A DNA stretch of 64,000 nucleotides from Monocercomonoides exilis PA203 (lineage: Eukaryota; Protista; Preaxostyla): assembly GCA_001643675.2 (NCBI GenBank), contig LSRY02000017.1, positions 682,001-746,000 of the forward strand, in the 5' to 3' direction. The position numbers and the translations under genes are program-made. Within the stretch, counting starts at the first letter, position 1; each line of letters starts with the position of its first letter. Under the pieces are notes generated by a model, which was not told where the DNA came from, searched no databases, and was given only the letters and a program-made list of their open reading frames with translations. Shown here piece by piece: positions 19,828 to 32,100 of this stretch.

Positions 19828-22800
19828 ATGAGCAATGAGGACGAAGGTTTAAATGCTTTGACAATTTTCCAGATAATTTTATTTTTTATTTTAATGTCAC
19901 TTACAAAAATATTTCTTTTGTAGTCTTTAGTAGCCTTAAAGGATTTCGTTTCTCTGATACGGATTCTCTTTCTCAATCATCGAAACTTTCGTTGATAATG
20001 GAGAAATACAAACAAAAAATTACTATTCAAAGTATGTTCACTTTTTTTGAGCACCTTTTTTAAAGTATATTGTTTTCTCAAAATTTGTATTACAACAATA
20101 TTTATATTTTTACATTTATTAATGTTTCTCAAAAGAAAAAGAAGAAAGCTCAACAAATAAAGAGAATGAAGATGAAAATTTGTCAGATTCAAAATTTCAG
20201 AACGATTTAATTCCAGAAAAACGAAAAAGAAGTGAATGCCAAAGTGAACATGAAAATATATCAGAATCTGTTCATCAAAAAGCAAAAGACTCACAAAGAC
20301 GTAACCACCATCATCACAAACATCTCAAAGATCGTCATAGTCACATTCATGAACACAAAAAACGTTTTCATAGTCGCAGAAATTCTGTTGATTCTAATCA
20401 TGATAAGTCTCATTCCAGAGATAAATCTTCATTATCACGAAGTTCGTCTCCTTTCATCAAAACCATTGAAAAGAAAAGTTCAAATACTTCAGCAACATAT
20501 AAAAACCAGCAGGAAAAATATGAAGAATCCCCGACATTTTACAATTGGCACAACATTCCTCGATTGGAAAAAGAGATAAAGTTTCGACACTCAAGATATC
20601 AAAAAAATCAAGAAGGAGTGCAAGTGAGGTCACGTTCAATGATTATCACTCCTACTGCTGACTCCATGACAAGACCCCTTTTTATTATCGACAAGTCACA
20701 AGATCTGACAAATGCAATTATTTTTGAGCCACCAGCAGAAGATGTACCAAAATATAATCGTCCATCATTTTGCAAGCTGATTGGAACGGACGTTTCTTGG
20801 AGCAACTGGGAAAAGATAATTAAAACCACAGAATATTCAAACAGAAATGCTTCTTTTCGTCTTCTTCAAAAGCAACGCGAGAAAATTGAGAAAAAAGAGA
20901 GAAAGCGAGGAATACGAAATAAGCAAATTTCCAACCTTTTTGAATCTACGATTCCTTCTCATGTTTTTCACAGCAGACAATTAAATGCGTCAGAAAAGAG
21001 CAAGCAACAGCTGGTCTGCGGCTGGGAATGGTTGGTTACACAAACTGACCAAAAATCAGGTGATGATAATGAATCTGTGCTTTTTGATTCATTCATCCCT
21101 CTTCAACAATCTTCTTTATTTGGAGCTTTATCCAAAGAAAATGCAAAAGAAATGGCATCTGCTGCACTTTTTCCCCAATCAAATCGTAGTGTCGCATCAA
21201 GTGAATCACAAGACATGTTGAAAATGCCTCCAGCAATGGAAATAGCAGCATTCTACAGCAGAATGACAACAAAACATCCACACACAGCAAAATGGTGGAT
21301 AAAGCTTGCAAATATCCAAGAAGCTCAAATGACGGGGCAGCTGCCAAAGACACAAAAACTGTTTTCAAATGCTGAGAAGTCATCAAATTCTGTTTTTTCG
21401 TCAACAGCTTCAATTCCGTCCATCGCTGTTTTGCAGCAGAAACTTTCCATTCTTTTGGAAGGGATGGAGCACAACAAGTCCTCACAGGCGCTTTCGTTGG
21501 AGTATCTCCGCCTTCTTTCATCTGCCTCTTCAGTTTTCACACAGACCACTTCAGCAGCATCTTCGTCTTTATCTGCACTCGAAAGAGAACGATTGGAGGC
21601 ATCGTGTTCTGGTTTGGGATTTGTGTTTGGGGAATGGGAAAGGATCATTGGAGAAACACTGCAGCTGAAGAAGGAGGAGCTGGAAGAGAGTTCAGAAGAT
21701 GAAAGCGAGATTTGTAGCGAAGAAGATGAAAAAGAAGAGGATGAGATATTTTTTGACAGACGCTCAAATGTTAAAGAGAAAAAAGAGTCTTACTCAAGAA
21801 ATGATATCGAGAACAAATCGTCAAAACAAATTTCGTATCCTTTTGAGACGACTTTCAAAAAAAGAACAATTCGCAGCGTCCAAAAAGCCGAAAAATTAAA
21901 GCAGAAAACAGTTGCTGATAAACTTTTTGTTCTTTTAACTGGATACATTCAGAACTTTCTTGGCAGCTTCACAACATTCTCAATGAAATCTCTCCAAAAC
22001 ACATTTTCGCGTTTGATCCATCTGATCACTGATCAAAAGCCTCGGCCATCAGAAATCACCCAATCCACTCTTTTGTCTCTAAGCTTCCATTTGTTTATTT
22101 GCTTTTGCCTTATCAATGCTCACGCAGGCTATAAAGAAGTTGCATTTGCTCTTCTCCACGCTCAGCTCTCTGTTTTGATGGCATCTTCAATCTTTCTCTT
22201 TGAGAATGCTTCTGATCAAAAGTCTTCACGTTGGATGGATTCTCTTCTGGAATCTGTTTATGAAAGGAAAAGAAAAGAAGCAGAGGAAGACGATGAAGAA
22301 CCAGAAGAGTTAACAGAAGAAGAACGCAAAAGAGGTCCATTTGGATGGAGCTGGACTGGAGTGAAAGAACGTATTAGGAACTGGATTGTGGATGAAGAAT
22401 CAATTCTGGGCGAGGATGAAATCGGGAACATGTTTTGGGAGAGAGTGAAGAGAACAAAGCCTTCAAAGGGAAAAAATGGAGAAGGCAAAGCATTCACTCC
22501 ATTCAAAAAAACAACATTAGATGAACAGAATATAAATACAATACTGAAACAACTTCCATCTACAATTTCATCGTCAATCAAATCCATTCCACAACTCCTT
22601 TGGGCCATGTCTGAGAGAATTGTGAGTCAAACCGCATCGTTTCCCTTACGAATATCAGAGAATGTCCAATTGATAGACAGAAGACCAGATAGATTTGTGC
22701 TGTTTTCTGATGTTGAGCCATATTTAATTGATCCATTTTTCACCTACCATAAATCTTCTTCTCTATCTTCGCTGGAGCTGAGAGCTCTTCTTCAGGATTT

Positions 22801-25800
22801 TTTCATTCAAATCGGACAGCTTTTGCTTGTTCATTTTCATCTACTTTCTATCGACCTGTCATCGTTTTCAGAATCTTTCATGGATCATTTTCATACAAAC
22901 AATCCATATTTCATTCATTTATCTTCATTCATTTCACCTTTTCATTCAAAGAAAGCATCATCTTCTTCATTACACTTTGCAATTACTCTTCTTTCTCAAA
23001 TAAGAGATCTTCTGTCAAAACACTGCAACGTTTCATCTCAATCATCAATTCACCAGATGTTAATGAAAGATGTTATAACTTCATTCTCAAACCAGCTTGC
23101 GCAATGGATTATTCTTCTGCACTCTCAGCAACTTAAAGCATCTGATTCAAACGCAATCATAACGCAATCAACTGATAGCAATTCTACTTCTGTTGTGCCA
23201 AAGAACAAGTCATTAGCTTCACAGTTGAAGCAATTTGCACAACCTTTCTTTGCAGAATTTTCTCAAGACCCTTTCCTATGGCAATGCTTTATTTGCTCAT
23301 TAATTGACGTTGGCGGATGGAAGCTTGCGACAAAAACAACTGCAACTATTCTTCATTCTGTGTTTTCTTCTCAACCTGTTCTGTCAGAAGAACCGTTGAA
23401 GCATAATTCATTCATAACAGTTGCAACACATTCAGTTTTAAGCATTCTTAGTTCTGAAGATATCTCCTCAGAAAGTGCAGTCGAAGAAACTGTTAATATA
23501 ATGAAACTGTGCTGGGAGAATATGAAAACAGAACAAGAAAAGCAAACCGCTACTGAATTCCAACACAAATCTTCTTATGCTGTTACATTAGTTAATTCAT
23601 CCATTTCTTCTTCCGAATCATTGGGCATTAGCAGCCTGATGAAATCATCACATTTTGTATTTTTTAAAGAATGTTTGAGAATTGTTCTGAAAGATGCTGC
23701 AGTTCTTGAAGAAGAAGCTTTGAGCAAGTGCATTCAGATTGCTGAGAAGTGGGCTCCAGATCGATGGTCAGATGATTTGATTTTATCATCTTTTGATGAA
23801 GAAACTGCATCTTCTAGTTCGTCATCTGACTTAAAGTCGACTTCTTCGCTTCACTCTCAAGAAAGCAAAGCAAATCAAACAGGCATTTCAAGCTTTTTGG
23901 AAGCGATAATACCGACGGCACAGCAAATGAGTGCTTTTCTTTTATCTTCTCAACTATGTTGGACAACTTCATTGCTTCTCTTCTTATCTCCTCTTCAACT
24001 TTCTTCTTCTTCGAATACTCTGATTTCCTCTCACATTGAGCTTTTGGATGAATTACATCGTTTTTTCATCAATGTCTGTTCATATTTCATTTACTTGTCG
24101 TTTATTATGAGCCAACTGTTCACCTCTCGAAAAGTTCTTTCAATGAAACAAATAACAGTGCTCCTCAATCTCCTTCCCCGCCCTTCTTCAATGCTTATTT
24201 CTTTTATGCGGAGCAGCCACGTTTATTCAGATTTGCCTCTTTCTCTTCCAGCTTCAAACACAATCAGCATAGACCCTTCAGAAGAAGAACATGCTAAATC
24301 AAACCTTCTGTCATCTTGCTTTGCTCACTGCGAATCTGAACTTATCACATCTCATTTTTGTGTTGTATTTCATCTATCATTCACAAAGCCTAATTCACAA
24401 ATACAAGCAAAACTTCAAACTTCAAAGAATTCAGAAAAGGATGATAATTCATCGCGATTGTCGATTGTTTATCCGTTACCTCATCCAGGCTTTTTCGATG
24501 CATTTAATCTTCCTCTCGATTTTGGGCTAGAAGCTTTGGAGATTGGAAGATGGTTATCCTCATTTGAACAACATTTGACATTTCTCTCAACTTTGTGTGA
24601 TTCTATCCTTTTCCGCATATCGTCACTTTTTCTGAAAAAAGAAAAAGCAAAGAAGTCAACAACACAAATGTGGGTTAATAGATTTTCGTTTCAGGACTTG
24701 AGAGAATTGAAGCAGGTGAATCTGAATGTTCTTTTGCATTCGTTGGAGTCATTCCCCAGAAACACCGAGCTTCTCAATCTTTTGGCGAATTTACATAGAA
24801 AAGTCCCTCTTCCTGCTGCTTTTTCTTCACAAATCACTTTTTTGTCAGACGAAAGAATATTTTTTGACAGAGCAGCTCAGAGACCAAATAACCCCTTCGC
24901 AGTTATTGCTGGATTTCAACACTGCTTGCCTTTGTCTCTTCAAAGCTCTCTTCAAAGCTCTCTTCAAGGGTCATTTGCAACATCTTCGTCTTTGGCTTCC
25001 AATGATTCTTTGAAACTTTCCCGTGCACAAATAGAAAGGGTGCGCAGTCTTTTGTCTTCCTCAATTCAATCTGAAACTTCCATTGTCAATCCTTTCATCT
25101 GGCTGTTATATGTGCTGCTCCATTCAATCTCTCCAATTTCAGAAAGTTCTCACAAATCTTCCTTTGAAAGTCCACTTCGAATGAGCATTGTTTTAAAAGC
25201 GGTGAGGAGCTGTGCTTGGTCAAAAGACATCTTCACTCAGACACTTTTGGGTTGTGAATGCAGTTTGAGTTCGTTCTTTCCTCTTCCGAGTTGCACTCAT
25301 TTTCGCGATTGTGGGTGTGAATGTGCTGGACTGTGCCACAAGGAATGCGGATGTGGATGTAGCGGATCGGTGATTGGAAACCTGCTGTGGGAGTTGCAGG
25401 ACAGAAAGCGAAAGGCACAAACAGACGATTTTGATGAGATGGTGGCAGAAAGGCACCGAACAGAAAAAGTGCGGTCGCATCTGAGCTGGTCTGCGAATCT
25501 GATGATGATTCCACAAGAAAAACATCTCTGCTCACGATTGGACATGAAGGACGCGATTGAAATTGCTTCGTCGAATGAGATCGATGGTGAGACAGAGGAA
25601 AGTGAAGAAGAAGAAATCAAAAGTGGATTGGATGAGGATGTTATTTCAAGTTCAGAAGGAAGTGCAAGCGACAAAAGAGAAGAAACGGATGAAAGTGAGG
25701 AAAATGAAGATATATCTGCTAACAAAGCAGATAATGAGGATAAATCGGAAAAAGAAGCAAAAGATAAAGAAGATGAAGAAGAAGAGTTACTGTTTAATGA

Positions 25801-25915
25801 AAGCGATTCAGCGTCATCTTCAACGGACAACGAAGTATTTGACAGCACAATGCGTACAAACAGCTCAGATGTTTGGGGCAATTTCCATTTCACTTCATTT
25901 CACAAGTTCTTTTGA
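19828..25915 (+). CDS. NRDE2: NRDE-2 / Nrl1-like HAT-repeat protein (nuclear RNAi, splicing and MTR4 cofactor family)
   Basis: Two short 5' exons (introns about 19847-19923 and 20032-20135) splice in frame into the 1911-aa ORF. Family-like motifs HPHTAKWWIKLANIQE, KLSILLEG..HN..S..L.LEYL, AGYKEVAFALLHAQL, PDRFVLFSDV.PYL and AVRSCAWSKDI. Confidence 0.75.
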
Positions 25916-26104
25916 GAAACGAAATGAGAAGTGTATAAAAAATCAAATAAAATAGAAAACATGAAAATTTGAAACAAAAAGCAGTGAATTGAATTGATAG
26001 AGGTGAAATTAATCACTCTATAAAAACCTTTGAAACAAAGATTTGACAAATGTTGTGAAAGACAAATTTTATCTTATATAAAAAAAAGCAGGAAATGGCT
26101 TTTT

Positions 26105-27856
26105 TCATCTCCAAGCAACTGTCTTTGAAGGAGCTGGATTATATTTATTTGAAGCAAATGTGATGATACGTTTCACAGACTGAATATACTTCCTCTGCTC
26201 TTCATCATTCAGGATATGTGCAATAGACTCTGCAGCAATCTTTTTCTGCCCCGATCTGTCGTGAATGCTGGACATAGTGACACCCATAGGCCACGGGGCA
26301 TTGCCAATTGCCATTCGAAGATACAAGTCGTTTGCTCTGATGAAGTCTTTCTTTTCGAGTGATTGGCAGATGCCAAATATGAGGTCGCGAGTGTCTCGTG
26401 CAAGATTTTTCTTTTTAAGATGCTTAAATAATGGTTTGATATATGCATCGCATTGCCTGAATATTGCAAGCTCCTGTGAGTACATGGGGGAAAAAAATTG
26501 AAATTTTAATAATCAATCAAATATAATAATAATAATAATAATATATAAAACAATAAGTTATTTAACAATTTGACAAAAAATTCCCACAAAAACAATTTCA
26601 AACTGCTCGTCCTTCAACACTATTTGCCTCATGATCTGGTCTTTCTTGCAGTGTCGTATCCCAAAGACGAAGATATTTCTGTTCGATAATTCAAGAAAAA
26701 AAGAAAAAGAAAAATTCAATGATGACATTGACATTAGAGTGAAACCAATAAAATAAAGAATAAAATATGTTTTTAAATAACTTTATGAAACAAAATTCAA
26801 GCCAAACCAAAAGCACAAAAAGAATAAATTCGAATTTGTCCATTGCTTTTGGAATTTCTTCAGATGTTGAATCGTCCTTTTGAGTTGATATTTGCGAATC
26901 TGGCACATCTGTCATTTTGCTTTTATTCATCAATCTTTCAAATGTCTCGTTTTCATCCTCACTCATTTCATTATCTGCTTCTTTCTCCTTTTTTTCTTTT
27001 GTTTCTTTTTTACGATCTTTTGTCTTCTTGCTATCGAATAAATCTTCATCTGTTGATTCTCTTTTTAAAGACGATGACTCTGCTATTCCTTCCTCAGCAC
27101 TTCTTTCTTTTTCTCTTTCCCTTTCTTCTTCAACGTATGTAATATCCCACTTAAAAGTTCCAAAAAGAAAGCCTCTGCTTGTGCTCACGCTTGTAACTTG
27201 TGACTCTTGCCATTTGTGTTGACCTGTTGTCAGATCTTTGTGCAATTGTAAAAGACGAAGACTGATTGAAGAAATAAATTAGAAGTTGAAAAGCAAGAAT
27301 TTCTGCTCAAACCGTTGAAAACGCTGAAGATCAGTCTCTCCAAAAAGCGTTGAAGGTTCACCATAATTTCGAAGAGCTGCTCTCACTTCTTGAATGGGTG
27401 GAAGAACAATGTCTTTCGAGCTATCATCTGAAGTGCTATCTAAATTTGAAGTCTATAACACAATTATGATAAACAATTTTCAATAAAATAATATACTGTT
27501 GCATCATCGGTCGTCGAAGTTAACTTTTGCTCTTTGTTCTTAAATTCTTGAAGTGATGATTTTTCAAAATTAATTTCTAATAACATTGTAAATTACAAGT
27601 AGAGTAAACGAAATAAACTATGATATAATAATGAATATAGAATTCAAACTTTGTTGTTCCTTCCATTCTTTTTGCTTTCTTAAAGCTTCTTCAACTTCAA
27701 TTTCTCCTCTTCTTTTCCTATGCAAATTTTAATAGAAGTTGTCGAACATTATATCTTCAAAAAAACAAATTTTAATCACCATTTAGCTTTATTGTTCCCA
27801 GTATTTGCTGCTAGTTGACTTTTTCGCTGCTTTATTATTTCTTCAAGAGTTGACAT
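26105..27856 (-). CDS. PRP18: Pre-mRNA splicing factor 18 (multi-exon)
   Basis: C-terminal exon YLRMAIGNAPWPMGVTMSSIHDRSG..HILNDEEQRKYIQSVKRIITF. Upstream exons carry the PRP4-like motif LRNYGEPSTLFGETD and LWDTTLQERPDHEANSVEGR. ATG at 27856. Confidence 0.92.
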
Positions 27857-27910
27857 GAAATTAATTATGGCAATTGTCCATTTTAATAAATATGGTATCA
27901 AAAATTTGGA

Positions 27911-27917
27911 TATAAAA
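27911..27917 (+). promoter_or_regulatory. TATA box upstream of histone H4
   Basis: TATAAAA about 60 nt before the H4 ATG, in the 116-bp divergent gap with PRP18. Confidence 0.5.
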
Positions 27918-27972
27918 GCAAATCGAAAATATTTTATTCAATTTATTCTTTAAAGTTAATAATATTGTAAAT

Positions 27973-28290
27973 ATGTCTGGACGTGGAAAAGGTGGAAAAG
28001 GAGGAAAAGGTATCGGAAAAACTGGAGCAAAGGGATATCGCAAGCTTCGCGATAACATCCAAGGAATTACAAAACCAGCCATCCGTCGTCTTGCTCGCAG
28101 AGGAGGCGTGAAAAGAATCTCCAACCTTATCTATGATGAAACAAGAATCATCTTGAAAATGTTCCTTGAAGGAATCATTCGTGATGCTGTGACTTACACA
28201 GAACATGCCAGAAGGAAGACAGTTACCGCCATGGATATTGTCTACTCACTTAAACGCCAAGGAAGAACACTTTATGGATTTGGAGCATAA
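27973..28290 (+). CDS. H4: Histone H4 (divergent N-terminal tail)
   Basis: [25 protein letters not shown]...[31 protein letters not shown]; intronless. Confidence 0.98.
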   Translation: MSGRGKGGKGGKGIGKTGAKGYRKLRDNIQGITKPAIRRLARRGGVKRISNLIYDETRIILKMFLEGIIRDAVTYTEHARRKTVTAMDIVYSLKRQGRTLYGFGA

Positions 28291-28501
28291 TCTTAATAAA
28301 AATTTTCGAATAAGAGTTTTTTCGTTTTGTGTTTTTAAACACATATTTTCAAAAATTTAACATGATAAATAATGATTATATTCTTGTCTTTTTGAAATTA
28401 AAAATTAAACATGCAAAAAGAGAATAATCTTTCAACATATATTTCAGTTTGAGTTATGATCAAACAATTCCCATTTAATGATCTTGAATGTGATTTCTTG
28501 G

Positions 28502-28508
28502 TATAAAA
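28502..28508 (+). promoter_or_regulatory. TATA box upstream of the RNase MRP RNA gene
   Basis: TATAAAA just 5' of the predicted P1 helix. Confidence 0.5.
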
Positions 28509-28518
28509 CCGAATCAGA

Positions 28519-28828
28519 GTCAGTTAAAGAATGACCTTGAGAGATCCCAGTTCTGAGGGTTGTTGGATGTGATAAGTCGAACAACGCTTTGGGGAAAGTC
28601 CTCTGATAAAGTTCCTTGTAAAAGCAACTGTTTTGTAAGAAACAGTTGGTGGTGGATGAGATTGATTTAAGGTTGCATTCATTTCGAAAGAAATTGAATG
28701 TGACTTCTGATTAAGTCATTCATATTCATCATGATTCATCGAATTAGATAGTAGTTATCTGGGTTGTCGGGATAATTATTGATTGTGCTGATTTGAGAAC
28801 TCAACGGGGCTTACTTCTCAGGATTGAC
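28519..28828 (+). ncRNA. RNase MRP RNA (about 310 nt)
   Basis: CR-I GGAAAGTCCTC (28593-28603) and CR-V CAACGGGGCTTAC (28802-28814) can form the P4 pseudoknot. P1: gtcagtt..agaa / ttct..gattgac. P3: cccag..gttgtt / aacaac..ttggg. Hairpin caactgtttt-gtaa-gaaacagttg (28625-28648). Long GAAA-capped hairpin at about 28655-28730. CR-IV-like tagtta. T5 tract after the 3' end. Confidence 0.85.
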
Positions 28829-28829
28829 A

Positions 28830-28834
28830 TTTTT
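28830..28834 (+). terminator. Pol III-type oligo(T) terminator of the ncRNA
   Basis: TTTTT one base after the P1 3' strand. Confidence 0.55.
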
Positions 28835-29113
28835 GTAAACAATTATCACACAAAAATTATAAATGAATTAAGTGATAACATGAACGTCTCTCAAATGAAA
28901 TTTGTTCCAAATGCTTTTCAAAAATTTTCTTTTCTTATCAAACTTCTGTTCCTATGCGAATAAAATGATCTGTAAACGAAATAATAATTTAAGATTTTAA
29001 AATAACGCAAAGACTAAATCTCACACAAAACGCATTTAATTTGTTCTGCTGATTATTAACCTTTTCAATAAAAACAATAAATAAACGTTAATTCTTTATG
29101 TGTTGTTTGAATT

Positions 29114-32100
29114 TTATTCCTTTTTCTCTTCTTCACCTTCATCTTCCTCAGTTTCCTCTTCATCTTCATCCTCCTCATCGTCGTCATCATCGTCGTCATC
29201 GCCTTCGCTGTCCTCCTCCTCTTCTTCCTCTTCCTCGCTGCCATCATCATCTTCATCTTCATCTTCTTCGCTTTTATCATCTTTATCATTTTTACTAAAC
29301 ACGGAATCAACATTCTTACTTAATTTTTCCTCTTTCCGATCAATTTCCTTGCTATCATTTGATTCTTTTTTTGGTGGATTTTTTATTTCCTCATCACTAA
29401 TTTTTGTTTTTGTTTTCCTGGCTTTTGCAATTTTACCAGTTGCTTCATTCAAAAGTCCTCCTCTTTCTTTCTCCCTTTTGTTTCTCCTTTTTTTCTCATC
29501 TTTGCGGTGTCGTGTTGTGGATGAAATACGCCTAACTTCGTCTTCTTCTCCCGTTCCTCCGTCTTCTTCGGTGCTCCCTTTATCTCCATCATTGTCATCA
29601 TTCTCCACCAAATCCACAACCATACCTGATTTCTTTTTTGCTTCTAGCCTCATCTTTTTCTTCATTTCCTCTTCCATTGCATGCAGCCTTTTTGCAATTG
29701 TTTCTCTTCGGGGCCATGTCATCATCCGCCTCCACCCACCGTCCATTAAACTTCTGCACTCCCTTATTTCCCAATGCTCTGCTCCAAAGCACAGCTCTCC
29801 TTCTTCCGCAGCTTGTGCCAGCATCGACATAGCAGAGAAGTACACTGGATGGTACTCTCTGAGCACACGCTCTTCAGTGAACATCGTCTCAGCCGATAAA
29901 CCTGTCCATTCTGAAGCAGCACCTGTGAGCGAGTCCAGCATTGATGCTACACGCTCATCGATTCCTTCTTCGGTCATTTCTGCTTCTCCTTTTTGTTCAT
30001 TATCTTTATCGGATTCAGTGCTGCCTGCTTTTTTCTTTTTGATTTGCTCCTTTTCTGCTTTCTTTTGCTTAGTCAGCATTGAAGCTTTCTCCTTTTCTCT
30101 CTTTGCAATTTCTTTTTTCATTCTCTCTTCTCTACTTCTTTTCTTCTTCTTCTGAACGACTTGCCATAATGCATCGCTTTCTGGTGCATCATCGCAGCTG
30201 AGCAGCGCAATGAGTCCACACATTTTTATGTCCAGTGCTCTTCGTGGATAACCTCGATAGTACAGCAGCCCAACCACTCGATACACGTATCTGCAGATGG
30301 ACAATATCACCGAAGGATAGTAAAGCGGTGATAGGAACAGTTCTTTTTCATCTGTGGAAAGTATTTTTGCAAGCTGTTCAGGAGAGAACTGAGTTTGCTC
30401 TTTGTTTTGTGCATCATCATCAGAAGAAGATGAATCATCAGCCACAACTCCAGCCAGCTCAGCTGATTTTCCTCTAATAGGCAATGGCGTCTTCTCGAAG
30501 TAATGTTCTCCTTTTTTCCCTTTCTTCCCGCGCTGTCCTTTCTTTTTTCCAGTCTCCTTTTTATCCTTGAAGTCATTGCCCCACAGTTTCGCAGAGGTGA
30601 AAGCAGAGTAAAGCAGGATGAGCGAGGCATACATCGCCTCGATCACTGTCTCGTGGAATGGATGGAGCACTCTTCTCCACAGCTGCACTGTTGTGTTTAA
30701 TTCCAGCATCGAGCGGTGGAAGAAAGCAAATCCCATCCCCTTCCCCAAGTTGTCGCAGTCCACTTCAATATCGTTTGCATGAGAAAACGCTTCGCCAGCT
30801 CGTTTCTCTAAAAGCATAGCGCGGTTACCAGCAATTATACGGTGAGAAGCTGGACAATTGCGGCAGATGAAGATAAGGTGATGATCAAGATATGAAGATG
30901 AGAAAGGAGTGAGTGCTGCTTTTTTCAATAACTTTCTTTTATTTGTTTCTGAATCTTCTTCTTCTTCTTCGTCTTCGTCTTCTTCGTCGTCGTTTCCGTC
31001 AATTTGTTCCATGAAAGCCGCCATCAATTTTTCAAACTCAATTTCGTCTTCACGCAAGTTGTATTTTTTGAGTTTTTCTGTTTCGTCTTTCAGTTCTTCA
31101 ATTCGTCTCATCTCTTCCAAGCGTTCTAAAATGCGATTAAGTGAACTATTTTTCGCATTTGAGTGCGCTCCGATTTTGCCTTTTTCATTTTCAGTTGAAG
31201 CCGTTGGCGATGTAGAAGCTGAAGTCAAATTATTTGATTCTTCTGTGATTGTCTTCTTTTGTTCGTCATTTGCATCTTCAACCGATTTATCCGTGCAACC
31301 TTCTCCATTTTCCATTAGCAACTTTCGCTTTTCAAGTTCTGCCACAACATCTGCTCTTCCCACAGTCCGCATCGGAGCTCCGCACTCAAAACAGCAGAAG
31401 CAACTGAGCACATCGTCCCACTCGGCTGGGTTTGTGAGCTGTTGTGAGATTTTTGAGAGGCGAATTTCACGATCGATTCGAGTGAGTGGATGTTCGTCAA
31501 TGTCTGTATCATCATTATTATTAGCATCAATTTTTTTGTCTTCGTCATTTTTTAAATCGTGTTCAATTTCTTGTTTGCCCTTTTCGCTTTCTTTCTCCTC
31601 AGATTTCGCTTCGCAAACAGAAGCTTCTGTTGCATCTTTTTCTTGTTTAATCTTCATTCTTTTTTGCTCTAGCAGCTCATCTTGCCTTTGCTGATTGATC
31701 TCTTGCTCCACCTCTTCGACAATTTCCTCTCCAAAGTCTGGCCCTGGCGGCATTTCTCCTCCGCCCATTGTCAGCGAGCCACCAGTAGATCCAAAAGGCA
31801 ATGAGGCTGATGATAAATTGCTTTCGATTTCATTCAGTTCTAATTCACCCATAAGATAGCCCACAGACCCTGCAAATCCACCTTGATTATCGAGCGATCC
31901 AAACATTTCTTCCCATTTGGTATCATCTTCATTTTTAGCTCCCGAGCTATCGGCGCAATAATCGACTTTTTCTCGTTTTTCTTCTGTTGATTCATCAACT
32001 TCCTTTTCATTTGCTTCCTTTCTCCTTTTCTGTCTTTCTTCAATTTCTTTATCCATCAACGCTTTTCGTCCCCACCACTGCCTCATCATCTTCCCCCAGC

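Noticed and set aside
28291-28340. Histone 3' stem-loop after H4
   Set aside because: No match to the conserved GGYYYUUYUNARRRCC-type hairpin.
28519-28828. RNase P RNA as an alternative identity for the ncRNA
   Set aside because: The P4 strands (AAGTCCTC / GGGGCTTA) fit the MRP consensus better than RNase P CR-I/CR-V. A covariance-model search is still needed.
29100-31694. Long + strand ORFs (351 aa, 261 aa) rich in Ser/Phe/Leu
   Set aside because: Antisense shadows of the Glu/Lys/Asp-rich SMYD gene, with no independent motifs.
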